Below, piece after piece: positions 37,163 to 46,923 of a stretch of DNA of 64,000 bases (position 1 is its first letter; the number at the start of each line of letters is the position of its first letter). The notes below the pieces were generated by a model. The model was not told where the DNA came from and made no database searches. It was given only the letters and a program-made list of their open reading frames with translations. A program made the translations under genes and the position numbers. This DNA comes from an uncultured archaeon (GTDB lineage: Archaea > Hadarchaeota > Hadarchaeia > Hadarchaeales > WYZ-LMO6): the NCBI GenBank assembly GCA_938074535.1, contig CALJER010000017.1, forward strand, positions 314-64,313, read 5' to 3'.

Positions 37163-39280
37163 CTGAGGGAAAGCCACGCCCACCACGGGGCGGGACATGC
37201 ACACCACCCCGGCGACTTCAAGCGCAGGCTGCTGGTTTCCGTCTCCCTCACCCTGCCCGTCCTCCTCCTCTCGGAGATGATCCAGGAGTGGGCGGGCTTC
37301 AGCCTGAGGATACCCCTGCAGGGGGGCATCATGCTGGTGCTTTCCGGGATCATCTACTTCTACGGCGGCTGGCCCTTCCTGAGGGGACTGGCGGAGGAGG
37401 TGGGGGGCAGAAAACCGGGGATGATGACGCTGGTGGGGACCGCCCTCTCCGTGGCCTTCTTCTATTCCTCTCTCACCCTGTTCAGGGAGGGTGAGGACTT
37501 CTTCTGGGAGCTGGCCACGCTGGTGGACCTCATGCTGCTGGGGCACTGGATGGAGGCCAGGAGTCTGCTGGGGGCCTCCAGGGCCCTGGAAAAGCTCGCC
37601 AGGCTGATGCCCTCACAGGCTCACCTCCTCGTGGGGGATGAGGTCAGGGAGGTGGCCGTCTCGGAACTCCGGAGGGGGGACCTGGTGCTGGTCAGACCGG
37701 GGGAGAAGGTGCCCTCGGACGGAAGGGTGGTGGAGGGAGTTTCATCCGTGGACGAGGCCCTCCTCACGGGAGAATCCAGGCCCGTGCCCAAGCGGCCCGG
37801 AGACAGGGTGATAGGGGGCTCCCTCAACCTGGAGGGTGCCCTTAGGGTTGAGATCGAAAAAACGGGGGAGGAGAGCTACGTGGGGCGGGTCATGGAGATG
37901 GTGAGGAAGGCACAGGAGAGCAGGAGCAGGACGCAGGAGCTGGCGGACCGTGCCTCGGCCCTCCTCTTCTACGTGGCCCTGGGGACGGCCCTGCTCAGCT
38001 TCTCCTACTGGTACCTCTCGGGACGGCCTTCCTTCGCCTTCGAGAGGGCCGTGACCGTGATGGTGGTAGCCTGCCCGCACGCGCTGGGTCTGGCCATCCC
38101 CCTGGTGGTCTCCCTCTCCACCACCCTCACGGCCAGGAGGGGGATCCTGGTGAGGGAGAGGAGGGCCTTCGAGGCCCTCAGGAAGGTGGGGGTGGTGGTC
38201 TTCGACAAAACGGGGACCCTCACCTCCGGAACCCTGGAGGTTTCGGACTACCTCTCCCTCCTCCCCGAAGAGGAGCTCCTCTCCCTGACCGCTGGGGTGG
38301 AGAAGAACTCCGAACACCCCATAGGGAAGGCTCTGGTGGAGTTCGCCAAAAAGAAGGGGGCGGCGATACCGGAGGCAGAGGAGTTCCAGTCCCTGCCCGG
38401 GAGGGGCGCCAGGGCCAGGGTGCTGGGGAAGGAGGTCCTGGTGGGAGGGGTCTCCCTCCTGCGGGAGAGGAAGGTGGAACCGGTGGGGAAGGAGGGATGG
38501 AGGGGCAAGACCGTGATCCAGGTGCTGGTGGAGGGCAGACCCGCGGGAGCCTTCGCCCTCTCCGACAGGGTGAAGGAAGAATCCAGGGAGGCCGTGGAGG
38601 GGCTGAAAAAACAGGGGCTCAGGGTGATGATGATCACGGGAGACGGGGAGGAGGCCGCGAGGGAGGTGGCAGAAAAACTCGGTGTGGAGGAGTACTGGGC
38701 CCAGGCCTCGCCGGAGGAGAAAGCCGCCAGGATAGAGGAGCTGAGGAGGAAGGGAGAAACGGTGGCGATGGTGGGAGATGGGGTGAACGATGCACCCGCG
38801 CTGGTGGCGGCGGATGTGGGGATAGCCATAGGGGCGGGGACGGACGTGGCCGTGGAGAGCGCGGACCTCGTCCTGGTCAGGAACGATCCGAGGGACATCG
38901 CCCATCTGATGGAGTTCTCCCGCAAAAGCTACTCCAAAATGGTCCAGAACCTCTGGTGGGCGGCAGGGTACAACGCCCTCACCATACCCCTCGCCTCCGG
39001 TGCCTTCCGGGAGTGGGGCCTCACCCTCAGCCCGGCCCTGGGGGCGCTCCTGATGTCCCTCAGCACCGTCGTGGTGGCTTTAAACACCCAGACCCTGAGG
39101 AGGTACGGGCCCGAGGAGGTGGAGGAGACGGTCGCGGATCCCGTCTGCGGGATGGAGGTGGAGCCCTCGAGCGCCGCCGGCAGGGCGGAGTACGGGGGCA
39201 AAACCTTCTACTTCTGCTCCAAACGATGCGAGGAGACCTTCAGGAAAGACCCGGAGAAGTACTCCTCCAGGGAGAGATAG
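37163..39280 (+). CDS. copB: Copper-translocating P1B ATPase (CopB type) with C-terminal YHS domain
   Basis: [30 protein letters not shown]; DPVCGM...FYFCS; His-rich N-terminus reads from CTG 37163. Confidence 0.9.
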   Translation: MRESHAHHGAGHAHHPGDFKRRLLVSVSLTLPVLLLSEMIQEWAGFSLRIPLQGGIMLVLSGIIYFYGGWPFLRGLAEEVGGRKPGMMTLVGTALSVAFFYSSLTLFREGEDFFWELATLVDLMLLGHWMEARSLLGASRALEKLARLMPSQAHLLVGDEVREVAVSELRRGDLVLVRPGEKVPSDGRVVEGVSSVDEALLTGESRPVPKRPGDRVIGGSLNLEGALRVEIEKTGEESYVGRVMEMVRKAQESRSRTQELADRASALLFYVALGTALLSFSYWYLSGRPSFAFERAVTVMVVACPHALGLAIPLVVSLSTTLTARRGILVRERRAFEALRKVGVVVFDKTGTLTSGTLEVSDYLSLLPEEELLSLTAGVEKNSEHPIGKALVEFAKKKGAAIPEAEEFQSLPGRGARARVLGKEVLVGGVSLLRERKVEPVGKEGWRGKTVIQVLVEGRPAGAFALSDRVKEESREAVEGLKKQGLRVMMITGDGEEAAREVAEKLGVEEYWAQASPEEKAARIEELRRKGETVAMVGDGVNDAPALVAADVGIAIGAGTDVAVESADLVLVRNDPRDIAHLMEFSRKSYSKMVQNLWWAAGYNALTIPLASGAFREWGLTLSPALGALLMSLSTVVVALNTQTLRRYGPEEVEETVADPVCGMEVEPSSAAGRAEYGGKTFYFCSKRCEETFRKDPEKYSSRER

Positions 39281-39317
39281 CCACAGCCTAAAAGGGGCGA
39301 GGGGGAGAGAGGAAAGG

Positions 39318-39860
39318 ATGACGGCCCTGGGGACCCTCCTCTCCTCCGTCTGGTTCATCCTCCCTGCCTACGCCGCCAACATGACCCCCGTGGTGGCGGG
39401 GGGGGGAAGGCCCATCGACGGGGGAAGGAGGTTCGTGGACGGGAGGCCCCTGCTGGGCCCTGGCAAGACCGTGCGGGGCTTCTGCTGGGGGCTCCTGGCG
39501 GGCTTCTGCGTGGGACTGGTGCAGGCCCTCCTCCACCCCTCTCTGGAGCCCCGCCTCGCCCTCCTCTTCGAGGACCCCTGGGAGACGGTGCTGGGCGGCT
39601 TCCTGCTCTCCCTCGGCGCCATGGTGGGGGATACGGCGGGAAGCTTCTTCAAGAGAAGGGCGGGGGTGGAGAGGGGAGAACCCTTCCCCCTGCTGGACCA
39701 GCTGGACTTCGTGGCCGGGGCCCTCCTTTTCTCCCTGCCCCTGGTCCTCCCGCGCCTGACGCTGGGGGTCCTGGCGGTCCTCTTCCTCCTCACCCCTCCC
39801 CTCCACCTCCTCACCAACTACGCCGGGCACAGGATGGGGCTCAAGAGCAGGCCCTACTGA
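39318..39860 (+). CDS. carS: CDP-archaeol synthase
   Basis: PAYAAN..PV, PIDGG..F.DGR..LG.GKT, GD..GSFFKRR, LLDQLDF. Confidence 0.92.
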   Translation: MTALGTLLSSVWFILPAYAANMTPVVAGGGRPIDGGRRFVDGRPLLGPGKTVRGFCWGLLAGFCVGLVQALLHPSLEPRLALLFEDPWETVLGGFLLSLGAMVGDTAGSFFKRRAGVERGEPFPLLDQLDFVAGALLFSLPLVLPRLTLGVLAVLFLLTPPLHLLTNYAGHRMGLKSRPY

Positions 39861-39892
39861 CACCCTTTTTAGAGGGGGAGGGGAGGAAGGGT

Positions 39893-40468
39893 GTGGAAGG
39901 GTTCCTCCACCTGAGCTGGGGAGAGGTGCAGCACCTCTGCGAGCGGCTCTCCAAAAAGCTCAGGGAAGCGGGGTACCGCCCCGACCTGGTGGTGGCCGTA
40001 AGCAGGGGGGGCTTCCCCGTGGGGAGGATCATGTGCGACCTGCTCGGGGTGGAGGACCTGGCCTCCCTCCAGGTGAGGCACTACGTGAGGCCGGGGGAAA
40101 CGGGGCGGAAGCCGGAGGTCGTCCATCCCCTCAACGCCAGGCTGAAGGGGAGGAGGGTCCTGGTGGTGGACGATGTGGCCGATACGGGGCACTCCCTGGC
40201 TGCCGTCCGCGACCTCCTCTCGGGGGAGGGGGCGGCGGAGCTCAAGGTGGCCACCCTCCACTACAAGCCCTGGAGCATCTTCAGGCCCGACTTCTACGTG
40301 GAGGAGGTGAGGGAGTGGGTGGTCTACCCCTGGGAGGTGAGGGAGACCATCCTGAAGCTGGCCCTGAAGCTCAGGGGGGAGGGAAAATCGAGGGGAGAGG
40401 TGGTCTCCTCCCTCAAGGGATGGGGCTTCGACCCCTCCCGCGTCGAGGAAGTGGTGGAGAGTATTTAA
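39893..40468 (+). CDS. Type I phosphoribosyltransferase (purine salvage-like)
   Basis: VSRGG, VLVVDDVADTGHSL, WVVYPWE. Confidence 0.88.
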   Translation: MEGFLHLSWGEVQHLCERLSKKLREAGYRPDLVVAVSRGGFPVGRIMCDLLGVEDLASLQVRHYVRPGETGRKPEVVHPLNARLKGRRVLVVDDVADTGHSLAAVRDLLSGEGAAELKVATLHYKPWSIFRPDFYVEEVREWVVYPWEVRETILKLALKLRGEGKSRGEVVSSLKGWGFDPSRVEEVVESI

Positions 40469-40492
40469 CCGGGCGGGGACCATTTCTCTCGG

Positions 40493-40663
40493 ATGGGAAG
40501 ACTGACGGGAACCTGCGAGCTCTGCGGTGGAGCCACCTCCGAGCTCAGGAGGTGCAGGATCTGCGGCACGGCGGTCTGCCCCAGGTGCTACTCCGAGGAA
40601 AGCGGGACGTGCAAGAAGTGCCTCTCCAAGGGGCTCTGGGTGGAGGGGGAAGAGGAGGAATGA
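40493..40663 (+). CDS. Small 8-Cys zinc-finger protein (56 aa, absent from ORF track)
   Basis: Translated by hand: MGRLTGTCELCGGATSELRRCRICGTAVCPRCYSEESGTCKKCLSKGLWVEGEEEE. Confidence 0.75.
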   Translation: MGRLTGTCELCGGATSELRRCRICGTAVCPRCYSEESGTCKKCLSKGLWVEGEEEE

Positions 40664-40685
40664 GCCCACGCTGACGGGCGAGGCG

Positions 40686-41063
40686 ATGGAGGAGCTGGAG
40701 GAGGTGCTGGAGGAGCTCAGAACGGAGAGCGGGAAGGGGACACCCGTGCTGGTGGAGGGGATACGCGACAGGAAAGCCCTCTCCTCCCTGGGGGTGGAGG
40801 GGAGGATCCTGCACCTGAACGGGAGAAGGGGGCTCCTGGCCTCCCTGGAGGAGCTGGAGGGGTGCGAGAGGGCGGTGGTGCTGACGGACTTCGACCGCAC
40901 GGGGGAGGAGCTGGCCCGCAGATGCTCCAGGCACCTGAGGGTGATGGGGGTGGAGCCCCTCCTCGAACCCAGGGAAAGACTGAAGAAGCTCCTCAGGAAG
41001 GAAGTGAAGGACGTGGAGGGAATGGCCCGCTTCCTCCTCCGCCTCGCGCCCGGAAAGGAGTGA
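40686..41063 (+). CDS. Small TOPRIM-domain protein
   Basis: VLVEGIRD..AL, VLTDFDRTGEEL, KDVE. Confidence 0.85.
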   Translation: MEELEEVLEELRTESGKGTPVLVEGIRDRKALSSLGVEGRILHLNGRRGLLASLEELEGCERAVVLTDFDRTGEELARRCSRHLRVMGVEPLLEPRERLKKLLRKEVKDVEGMARFLLRLAPGKE

Positions 41064-41500
41064 GCTTGCTCCCCCTCTGGGTTTCCCTCCTCCTCTCAGC
41101 CGTGCCCCTCTTCGAGGGTAGGTACGCCATCCCGGTCGCCATCCTCCTGGGTCTCTCCCCGCCCCTGGCCTACCTCCTCTGCACCGCCGCCAATCTGGCC
41201 GTCATACCGGCAGTGCTCCTGGGCATGGAAGCGGCGGCCCCGCACCTCCGCAGGAGGTGGAAGGGGGTGGACAGACTCTTCAGGTTCATGGTCAGGAAGA
41301 GGCTGAGGGGGAGGCACTTCGCCGCCCTTTTCGCCTTCGTGGCCCTCCCCCTCCCGGGGACCGGGGCCTACACGGGGACGATCCTGGCCTGCATGCTGGG
41401 AATGAAAGGGTGGAGGCCCGCGGCCACCGTGGCCCTGGGGGTGCTCGCCGCCAACGCCCTCACCGCCCTGGCCGCGGCCGGGCTCTCCCTCTGGCTCTAA
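41060..41500 (+). CDS. COG2426 small multi-drug export-like membrane protein
   Basis: P.FEGRYAIP, FVALPLPGTGAYTG. Confidence 0.8.
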   Translation: MSLLPLWVSLLLSAVPLFEGRYAIPVAILLGLSPPLAYLLCTAANLAVIPAVLLGMEAAAPHLRRRWKGVDRLFRFMVRKRLRGRHFAALFAFVALPLPGTGAYTGTILACMLGMKGWRPAATVALGVLAANALTALAAAGLSLWL

Positions 41501-42594
41501 GCCGGCTGGCCGGAGGGCTCCCTCCTCCCGTACTTGTACTCGATGGCGCAGGAACCCTCTGAAGAGACCATGCAGGGACCCACCGGGCTCCTGGGGGTGC
41601 AGACCCTCCCGAAAAGGGGGCAGTCGGGGGGATCCAGAAGACCCCTCAGGACCCTGTCGCACCTGCAGGAGGGGTGCGCTCTGAACTCCTTCCCCTCCAG
41701 CTCCCTCAGCTCGTCCTCGTATCTCTTCCTGGCGTCGTGCTCTTCGAACTCCTCCCGGAGGGCCATGCCCGATCCGGGGATCACGGGAAAGCCCCTCCAG
41801 TCCACATCGACGGGCTCGAAGACCTCGCCCATCGCCTTCAGCGCCCTCACATTTCCCTCCGGCCTCACGGAGCGGGTGTACTCGTTCCTCACTCCCACTT
41901 CGCCCCTCTGGACCATCTTGGCCAGCAGGTACACCCCCATCAGCAGGTCCAGGGGCTCGAAGCCCGCCACCACCTGGGGGATCCTGTACCTCTCCGCGAT
42001 CTCCTCGTAGGGGCGGGTGCCTATCACGGTGGAGACGTGGCCAGGCTCTATCAATCCCTGTACCCTGGTTTCCCCCATGTCCAGCAGGGCCCTTATGGCT
42101 GGAGGGATGTACCGGTGGCAGCAAAGGACGGAGAAGTTGGGCGGAGGGTCCCTCAGGAGGGTGATGGCCGTAGAGGGGGCGGTGGTCTCGAAGCCTATGG
42201 CGAGGAAGACCACCTCCTTCCCCGTTCTCTCCGCCAGCCCCACCGCATCCCTGATGCTGTACACCACCCTCACATCCGCCCCCTCACCCCTGAGCCCCGC
42301 GAGCGAGCCGCTTTCCCCCGGGACTCCCACCATGTCCCCGAAGGTGGCCACCAGCTTTCCCCTCCTGGCCAGCGCCAGCGCCTCCTCTATCTCCCTCTGG
42401 GTGGTCACGCAGACGGGGCAGCCCGGACCCTGCCTTATCTTGATCCCGCAGGGCTCCAGCAGGCGGTCGAGCCCGTACCTCACCAGCGTGTCCTGGTGGG
42501 TGCCGCACACGTGCATCAGGAAGAGGTTCAACCCCATCTTCCTGAGTCCCTCCACGATCCTGCCGGCGGTCTCCCTGTCCCTGAACCTGAACAT
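41497..42594 (-). CDS. hypD: Hydrogenase maturation factor HypD
   Basis: HVCGTH, GPGCPVCVT, GFETT, PGHVS, CMVSSEGSC. Confidence 0.96.
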   Translation of the reverse strand: MFRFRDRETAGRIVEGLRKMGLNLFLMHVCGTHQDTLVRYGLDRLLEPCGIKIRQGPGCPVCVTTQREIEEALALARRGKLVATFGDMVGVPGESGSLAGLRGEGADVRVVYSIRDAVGLAERTGKEVVFLAIGFETTAPSTAITLLRDPPPNFSVLCCHRYIPPAIRALLDMGETRVQGLIEPGHVSTVIGTRPYEEIAERYRIPQVVAGFEPLDLLMGVYLLAKMVQRGEVGVRNEYTRSVRPEGNVRALKAMGEVFEPVDVDWRGFPVIPGSGMALREEFEEHDARKRYEDELRELEGKEFRAHPSCRCDRVLRGLLDPPDCPLFGRVCTPRSPVGPCMVSSEGSCAIEYKYGRREPSGQPA

Positions 42595-42596
42595 GC

Positions 42597-42815
42597 CTAA
42601 CCCTGGGAGAGGAGCTCCTGCCAGAGCCTGAGGCTCTCCCTGGCCTCCTCCTCGTCGAGAACCTGAATGGCGAAACCGGCGTGGACGATCACGTACTGCC
42701 CCACCTCCACCTCCACCAGGGAGACGTCCACCTCCCTCAGGGTGCCGTCCCCGAAGTCCACCCTGGCCAGCTCGCCCCTCTTCTCCACCACCCTACCGGG
42801 GATGGCCAGGCACAT
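42597..42815 (-). CDS. hypC: Hydrogenase chaperone HypC
   Basis: MCLAIPG, VIVHAGFAI. Confidence 0.96.
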   Translation of the reverse strand: MCLAIPGRVVEKRGELARVDFGDGTLREVDVSLVEVEVGQYVIVHAGFAIQVLDEEEARESLRLWQELLSQG

Positions 42816-43316
42816 CTAACCCCTCTCCTCCTCCCGGCATAAATCCCCGAGCAAGGATGAAAGGAAGTCGGCCAGCCTCCCCGCCGCTTCCTCCAGCTCC
42901 TTCGTCATTCCCTCCCCGAAGTCCGTGTCCTTGGGCTGGATGCAGAGGAGGGCCACCTTGGATCCCACCACCTCCCTCACGTAGTCGCAGAAGATCCTGA
43001 GGGGGAGGAGATGGGTGGAGACCGTCTCCACGGGGAGCTCCTCCGAAGTCACCAGCCTGCTCTCCCCTGGCTTCAGTCCCAGGAGGGCCGCGTCGAGGAG
43101 GAGAAGGTGACTGGGGCCTGACCTCTCCACCTCCTCCAGGAAGTTCTCCGCCACCGACTCGCACTCCAGCAGCTCCACTCTCCTGTCCACCCTGCCCTCC
43201 ATTCTCCTCACCACCTCCAGCCCCACCGCGTCGTCCCTCCTCAGGGGGTTGCCTATCCCCATCACCACCACCTTCCTGCAGCCTGAGAGCCACTCCCTGA
43301 GCTCCCTCTCCATCAT
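42816..43316 (-). CDS. hycI: Hydrogenase maturation protease (HycI-like)
   Basis: GIGNPLRRDDAVG, LDAA, STHLLPL. Confidence 0.9.
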   Translation of the reverse strand: MMERELREWLSGCRKVVVMGIGNPLRRDDAVGLEVVRRMEGRVDRRVELLECESVAENFLEEVERSGPSHLLLLDAALLGLKPGESRLVTSEELPVETVSTHLLPLRIFCDYVREVVGSKVALLCIQPKDTDFGEGMTKELEEAAGRLADFLSSLLGDLCREEERG

Positions 43317-43349
43317 ACGGACGGGGAAAGAGGGGAAAAAAGACTTGGG

Positions 43350-44807
43350 TCAGGACCTGGTGAGGGTGCGCAGGAGGTTGCGGTCCTTGTCGTAGATCTT
43401 GACCTCCAGGGGCATCTTCCCCAGCGCGAAGTGGGTGGCGCAGGCGTAGCAGGGGTCGTAGGCCCTGAAGGCCATCTCGATCATGTTCAGGATTCCGTCC
43501 GTGATCTTACCCCCCGAGATGAGGGCTTTGGCCGCGTCCCTTATGGACATGCAGATGGGGGCGGCGTTGTTGGTGGTGGCCACGATCAGGTTGGCCCTCT
43601 TGATCCTCCCGTCCTCGGTGAGCTGGTAGTGGTGGTACAGGGTCCCCCTGGCCGCCTCCACCACCCCCACGCCCTCCCCGGGGGCCCCCACGGGGTTCCT
43701 CACGTCCTTGCTGGTGATCTCCGGATCCTGAGCCAGCTCCAGCGTCCTCTCGCAGGCGTAGAGGAGCTCTATCAGCCTGGCCCAGTGGAAGGCCAGGGTG
43801 GAGTGCACGGGCTTCCCCCCCAGCGTCTCGTACATCCTCCCGTACTCCCGCTGGGCGAGGGGGGTGGCCATGCCGTCGGCGGCGTTCAGCCTGGCCAGCG
43901 GACCCACCCTGTACACCCCGCTGTCGGGACCGTCCACCAGCCCCTTCCACCCCACCTTCTTCAGGTAGGTGAACTTCACGTAGGTCCACTCCTCCACGTG
44001 CTCCCCTATCACGTCCAGGTACTGGGAGGGGGCGAACTTCACAAATTCCCTCCCGCTGGGGTCCACCACCCTGATCTTCCCGTCGTAGAAGTTCACGCGG
44101 TTCTTCTCATCCACCATCCCCATGTAGTAGGTCTTCAGGGTGTAGGCGTCGCTCTTTATCAGCTCCACGTACTTCTGGTTCTTCAGGACGACCTGGTCAA
44201 AGATCTGAAGGGCCTTCTGGGCGAACTCCACGCATGACCTGGCCATCCTCTCTATTTCCCTCCTCTCCTCCTCGCTGAGGGACTTGCTCACCCCTCCCGG
44301 CAGCCCGCAGACGGGGTGGGTGGCCTTCCCGCCCAGGATCGCCGTGATCTTCTGACCGTAGGCCCTGTGCTTGATCACTTCCTTCCCCACCTCCAGGCCG
44401 GCCTTCCTGATCACCCCCAGGACGTTCCTCTCGGCGGGGGGAGCATCGGGGCCCACCACGAAGTCCGGCCCCCCGAGGTAGAAGAAGTGCAGGATATGGT
44501 CGTAGATGTAGTAACCCGAGTAAATCAGCTCCCTGAGCTTCTTCGCCGCCGGGGGGGGATCCACGTGGAAGGCAGCGTCCAGGGCCTTCGTTGAGGCCAT
44601 GTGGTGGGCCACGGGGCAGACCCCGCAGATCCTGGAGGTGATCTGGGGCATCAGCTCCGCCCTCCTCCCCTCGGAGAAGCGCTCGAAGCCCCTCAGCTCG
44701 GGCACCTGCAGGTAGGCGTTGGCCACGTTCCCCTTCTCGTCCAGGAAGATCGAGATCTTCCCGTGGCCTTCCAGCCTGGTGATGGGATCTATGGTGATGA
44801 CCCTCAT
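43350..44807 (-). CDS. mvhA: [NiFe]-hydrogenase large subunit, group 3c (MvhA)-like
   Basis: TRLEGHG, ELRGFE, RICGVCPVAH (L1), RAYDPCYACATH (L2) plus cleavable tail. Confidence 0.9.
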   Translation of the reverse strand: MRVITIDPITRLEGHGKISIFLDEKGNVANAYLQVPELRGFERFSEGRRAELMPQITSRICGVCPVAHHMASTKALDAAFHVDPPPAAKKLRELIYSGYYIYDHILHFFYLGGPDFVVGPDAPPAERNVLGVIRKAGLEVGKEVIKHRAYGQKITAILGGKATHPVCGLPGGVSKSLSEEERREIERMARSCVEFAQKALQIFDQVVLKNQKYVELIKSDAYTLKTYYMGMVDEKNRVNFYDGKIRVVDPSGREFVKFAPSQYLDVIGEHVEEWTYVKFTYLKKVGWKGLVDGPDSGVYRVGPLARLNAADGMATPLAQREYGRMYETLGGKPVHSTLAFHWARLIELLYACERTLELAQDPEITSKDVRNPVGAPGEGVGVVEAARGTLYHHYQLTEDGRIKRANLIVATTNNAAPICMSIRDAAKALISGGKITDGILNMIEMAFRAYDPCYACATHFALGKMPLEVKIYDKDRNLLRTLTRS

Positions 44808-45796
44808 TTCTTCTTCACCCTCCTTCCCAGCACCGAGGCCGGGAGGGTGTACATGTAGAAGGTTCCCACGGGATCCACCACCTGGTCCACCAGCTTCTGG
44901 GGATCGTAGCCGGCCTCCCTTTCCCCCTCCACCCCCAGGATGGAGGAAAGGGCGCTGATCATGGCCGCTCCCTGGTCGATCTCGTTGGGGCAGGGGCCCT
45001 GGCAGCCCGTGCAGGGCATGTTGCCGTCCACGCACCTGGCATCGCACCCGCCCCTGGTGGCGGGACCCAGGCAGATCACCCCCTGCGCCAGGAAGCACTT
45101 CTCAGGGTCCAGCTCCGCCTCGTGCGGCCTCTTCAGCTGGGAGATGGAGAGCTTCTCCGGCTTCGTCTTGTTCCTCTCGCACTCATCGCACACGGACTTC
45201 AGGGGGGCCAGCACCGAACCCTTCGGGGGCAGCTCGCCCTTCGCTATGGCCTCGACCGCCTTCAGGATGAGGCCGGGGGCGGGGGGGCATCCAGGAAGGT
45301 AGTAGTCCACCTCCACCGTCTGGTCCAGCGTCTTCACCGCGTCGTAGAACTCCGGAAGCCTCAGCTCACCCTCCTTCACCCTCGTGGAGGTCTTCGGAAC
45401 CACGCGCTGGGGGTTCTCCGTGGAGGGGGATTCCAGGTACGCCCTGGCGAAGATCTCCTCCCTGTCCGCCAGGTTGGCCAGACCAGGCACCCCCCCCGTG
45501 TGGGAGCAGGCGCCGAAGGCCACCAGCACCTTCGCCTTCTTCCTGAGGAGCTTCGCCAGATGCTCCTGCTCCTCCGTCCTTATCGCCCCGTTGAAGAAAC
45601 AAACGTCTATGGACCCATCCGGCATGGCCTCCACATCCTTGTACTTCACGTCCAGGGCTACGGGCCAAAAAACGATGTCCGCCAGCTCCACCACGTCCAG
45701 GATCTTCTCGTCGATATCCAGAACCCCTATCTCACACCCGCCGCAGCTGGCCGCCCAGTAAAAGGCGAACTTCAGCTTTTGCTTCGGCCCGGCCAT
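44804..45796 (-). CDS. mvhG: [NiFe]-hydrogenase small subunit, MvhG-like
   Basis: SCGGCE, GAC..TGG, PGCPP, CDEC, CLGPAT..GC.A.C....PCTGC. Confidence 0.9.
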   Translation of the reverse strand: MAGPKQKLKFAFYWAASCGGCEIGVLDIDEKILDVVELADIVFWPVALDVKYKDVEAMPDGSIDVCFFNGAIRTEEQEHLAKLLRKKAKVLVAFGACSHTGGVPGLANLADREEIFARAYLESPSTENPQRVVPKTSTRVKEGELRLPEFYDAVKTLDQTVEVDYYLPGCPPAPGLILKAVEAIAKGELPPKGSVLAPLKSVCDECERNKTKPEKLSISQLKRPHEAELDPEKCFLAQGVICLGPATRGGCDARCVDGNMPCTGCQGPCPNEIDQGAAMISALSSILGVEGEREAGYDPQKLVDQVVDPVGTFYMYTLPASVLGRRVKKK

Positions 45797-45862
45797 TCGC
45801 TACCCCAACCCAATTTTAACGCAAATTTTCTCCAATCCTTCTTTTAAGCTTTATGGTGGGCC

Positions 45863-46861
45863 TCAGGAGATGTCGTTCATGTAGAGAAGCTTGTTCTGGG
45901 GCAGGTAGGAGATGGTAATGGCGTCGCCTATCACCAGGGGGTCCTTCATCCAGAACTCCAGCACGTCCCCGGGGGAGAAGTCGTAGACCTGGGACTGGAC
46001 GTAGGACATCCTCAGGTTCCTCACCCTGTGCTCGTTGGTGAGGCCCCCCGTCCTGGCCCCCCAGCCGAAGAGAGTTTTGTTCTTCCTGCCGCCGGCCTGG
46101 TAGTCGATGTACCTCAGCCTGCTCGCGTACTCGTTGTCTATGTACATCTCTATGACCTTGTCGTCGAAGACGATCCTCGCATCGTGCCACCTGCCGTCGT
46201 CCATGCCTGTCTTTCTCACGGAATACAGGAGGGTTCCGTTGTAGTAAAGCTCTAAATTGTCGCTATACTCGTTGTAAGCGAACACGTACCCCCCCGCCTG
46301 GCTCGACTCCCAGAGGGGAGTACTCCCACAGTAGGCGTAGAACCAGGTCGCATTTCCCCCCGTGCCTCCCCCAGCCCAGAGCTGGAACTCCACCACGAAG
46401 CTTGCTGGGGGGGTGCCCAGGACGTACTCGAGCTGGCCGTTCTCATTGCTTGCGGCGCGGGTGAGCCTGACCCATCCGTTCTCAGCCTGGTAGGTGGCCG
46501 AGTTCTTGAGCGTGCCGGAGGGGGCGGAAGTCATGTCCTCGTAGATGAGATAGCCAAGACGCTTTCCGTTGAAGCGCAGGTTAAGGGGCTCCACCTCCCT
46601 CCCCGTCCTCTTCACCACCAGGTCCTTCCACCTGAAGCTTCCCTCCCTGCTCTCGAAGGCCTCCCTGATCACGTCCCCCCCCAGATGGTAGATGACCAGC
46701 CTCTGGCTGCCCCACTCGAACCCATCCACCCCCAGCTTGGCGTCCAGGGTCCTGACGGAGAAGCTCACCCCCCCCAGCACCACGATCACCGCCGTGGCGA
46801 TGGAGAAGACTGCGGCGATGAGGATGATCTCGGCTATGAGGGGTGAAACTCCCTTCTCCAC
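45863..46861 (-). CDS. Archaeal type IV pilin-like protein with inserted ConA/L-type lectin-like domain
   Basis: Class III signal MEKG/VSPLIAEIILIA; HLGGD; lectin-like VRLT...DGRWH...FGWGARTGG..NEH. Confidence 0.75.
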   Translation of the reverse strand: MEKGVSPLIAEIILIAAVFSIATAVIVVLGGVSFSVRTLDAKLGVDGFEWGSQRLVIYHLGGDVIREAFESREGSFRWKDLVVKRTGREVEPLNLRFNGKRLGYLIYEDMTSAPSGTLKNSATYQAENGWVRLTRAASNENGQLEYVLGTPPASFVVEFQLWAGGGTGGNATWFYAYCGSTPLWESSQAGGYVFAYNEYSDNLELYYNGTLLYSVRKTGMDDGRWHDARIVFDDKVIEMYIDNEYASRLRYIDYQAGGRKNKTLFGWGARTGGLTNEHRVRNLRMSYVQSQVYDFSPGDVLEFWMKDPLVIGDAITISYLPQNKLLYMNDIS

Positions 46862-46923
46862 ATTTTTAGCTGATTCCTACCAGAATTAGAAGTTTTTTAT
46901 AGGGTAAATTCAAAGGGGGGGAG

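Noticed and set aside
37153-37494. Frameshifted or pseudogene copB suggested by the 113-aa ORF
   Set aside because: The conserved N-terminal sequence is in the same frame as the main ATPase; a CTG start explains it without a frameshift
43350-43460. Selenocysteine or split large subunit (VhuU-like) in the hydrogenase
   Set aside because: L2 motif DPCYAC uses ordinary Cys codons and is part of the same ORF
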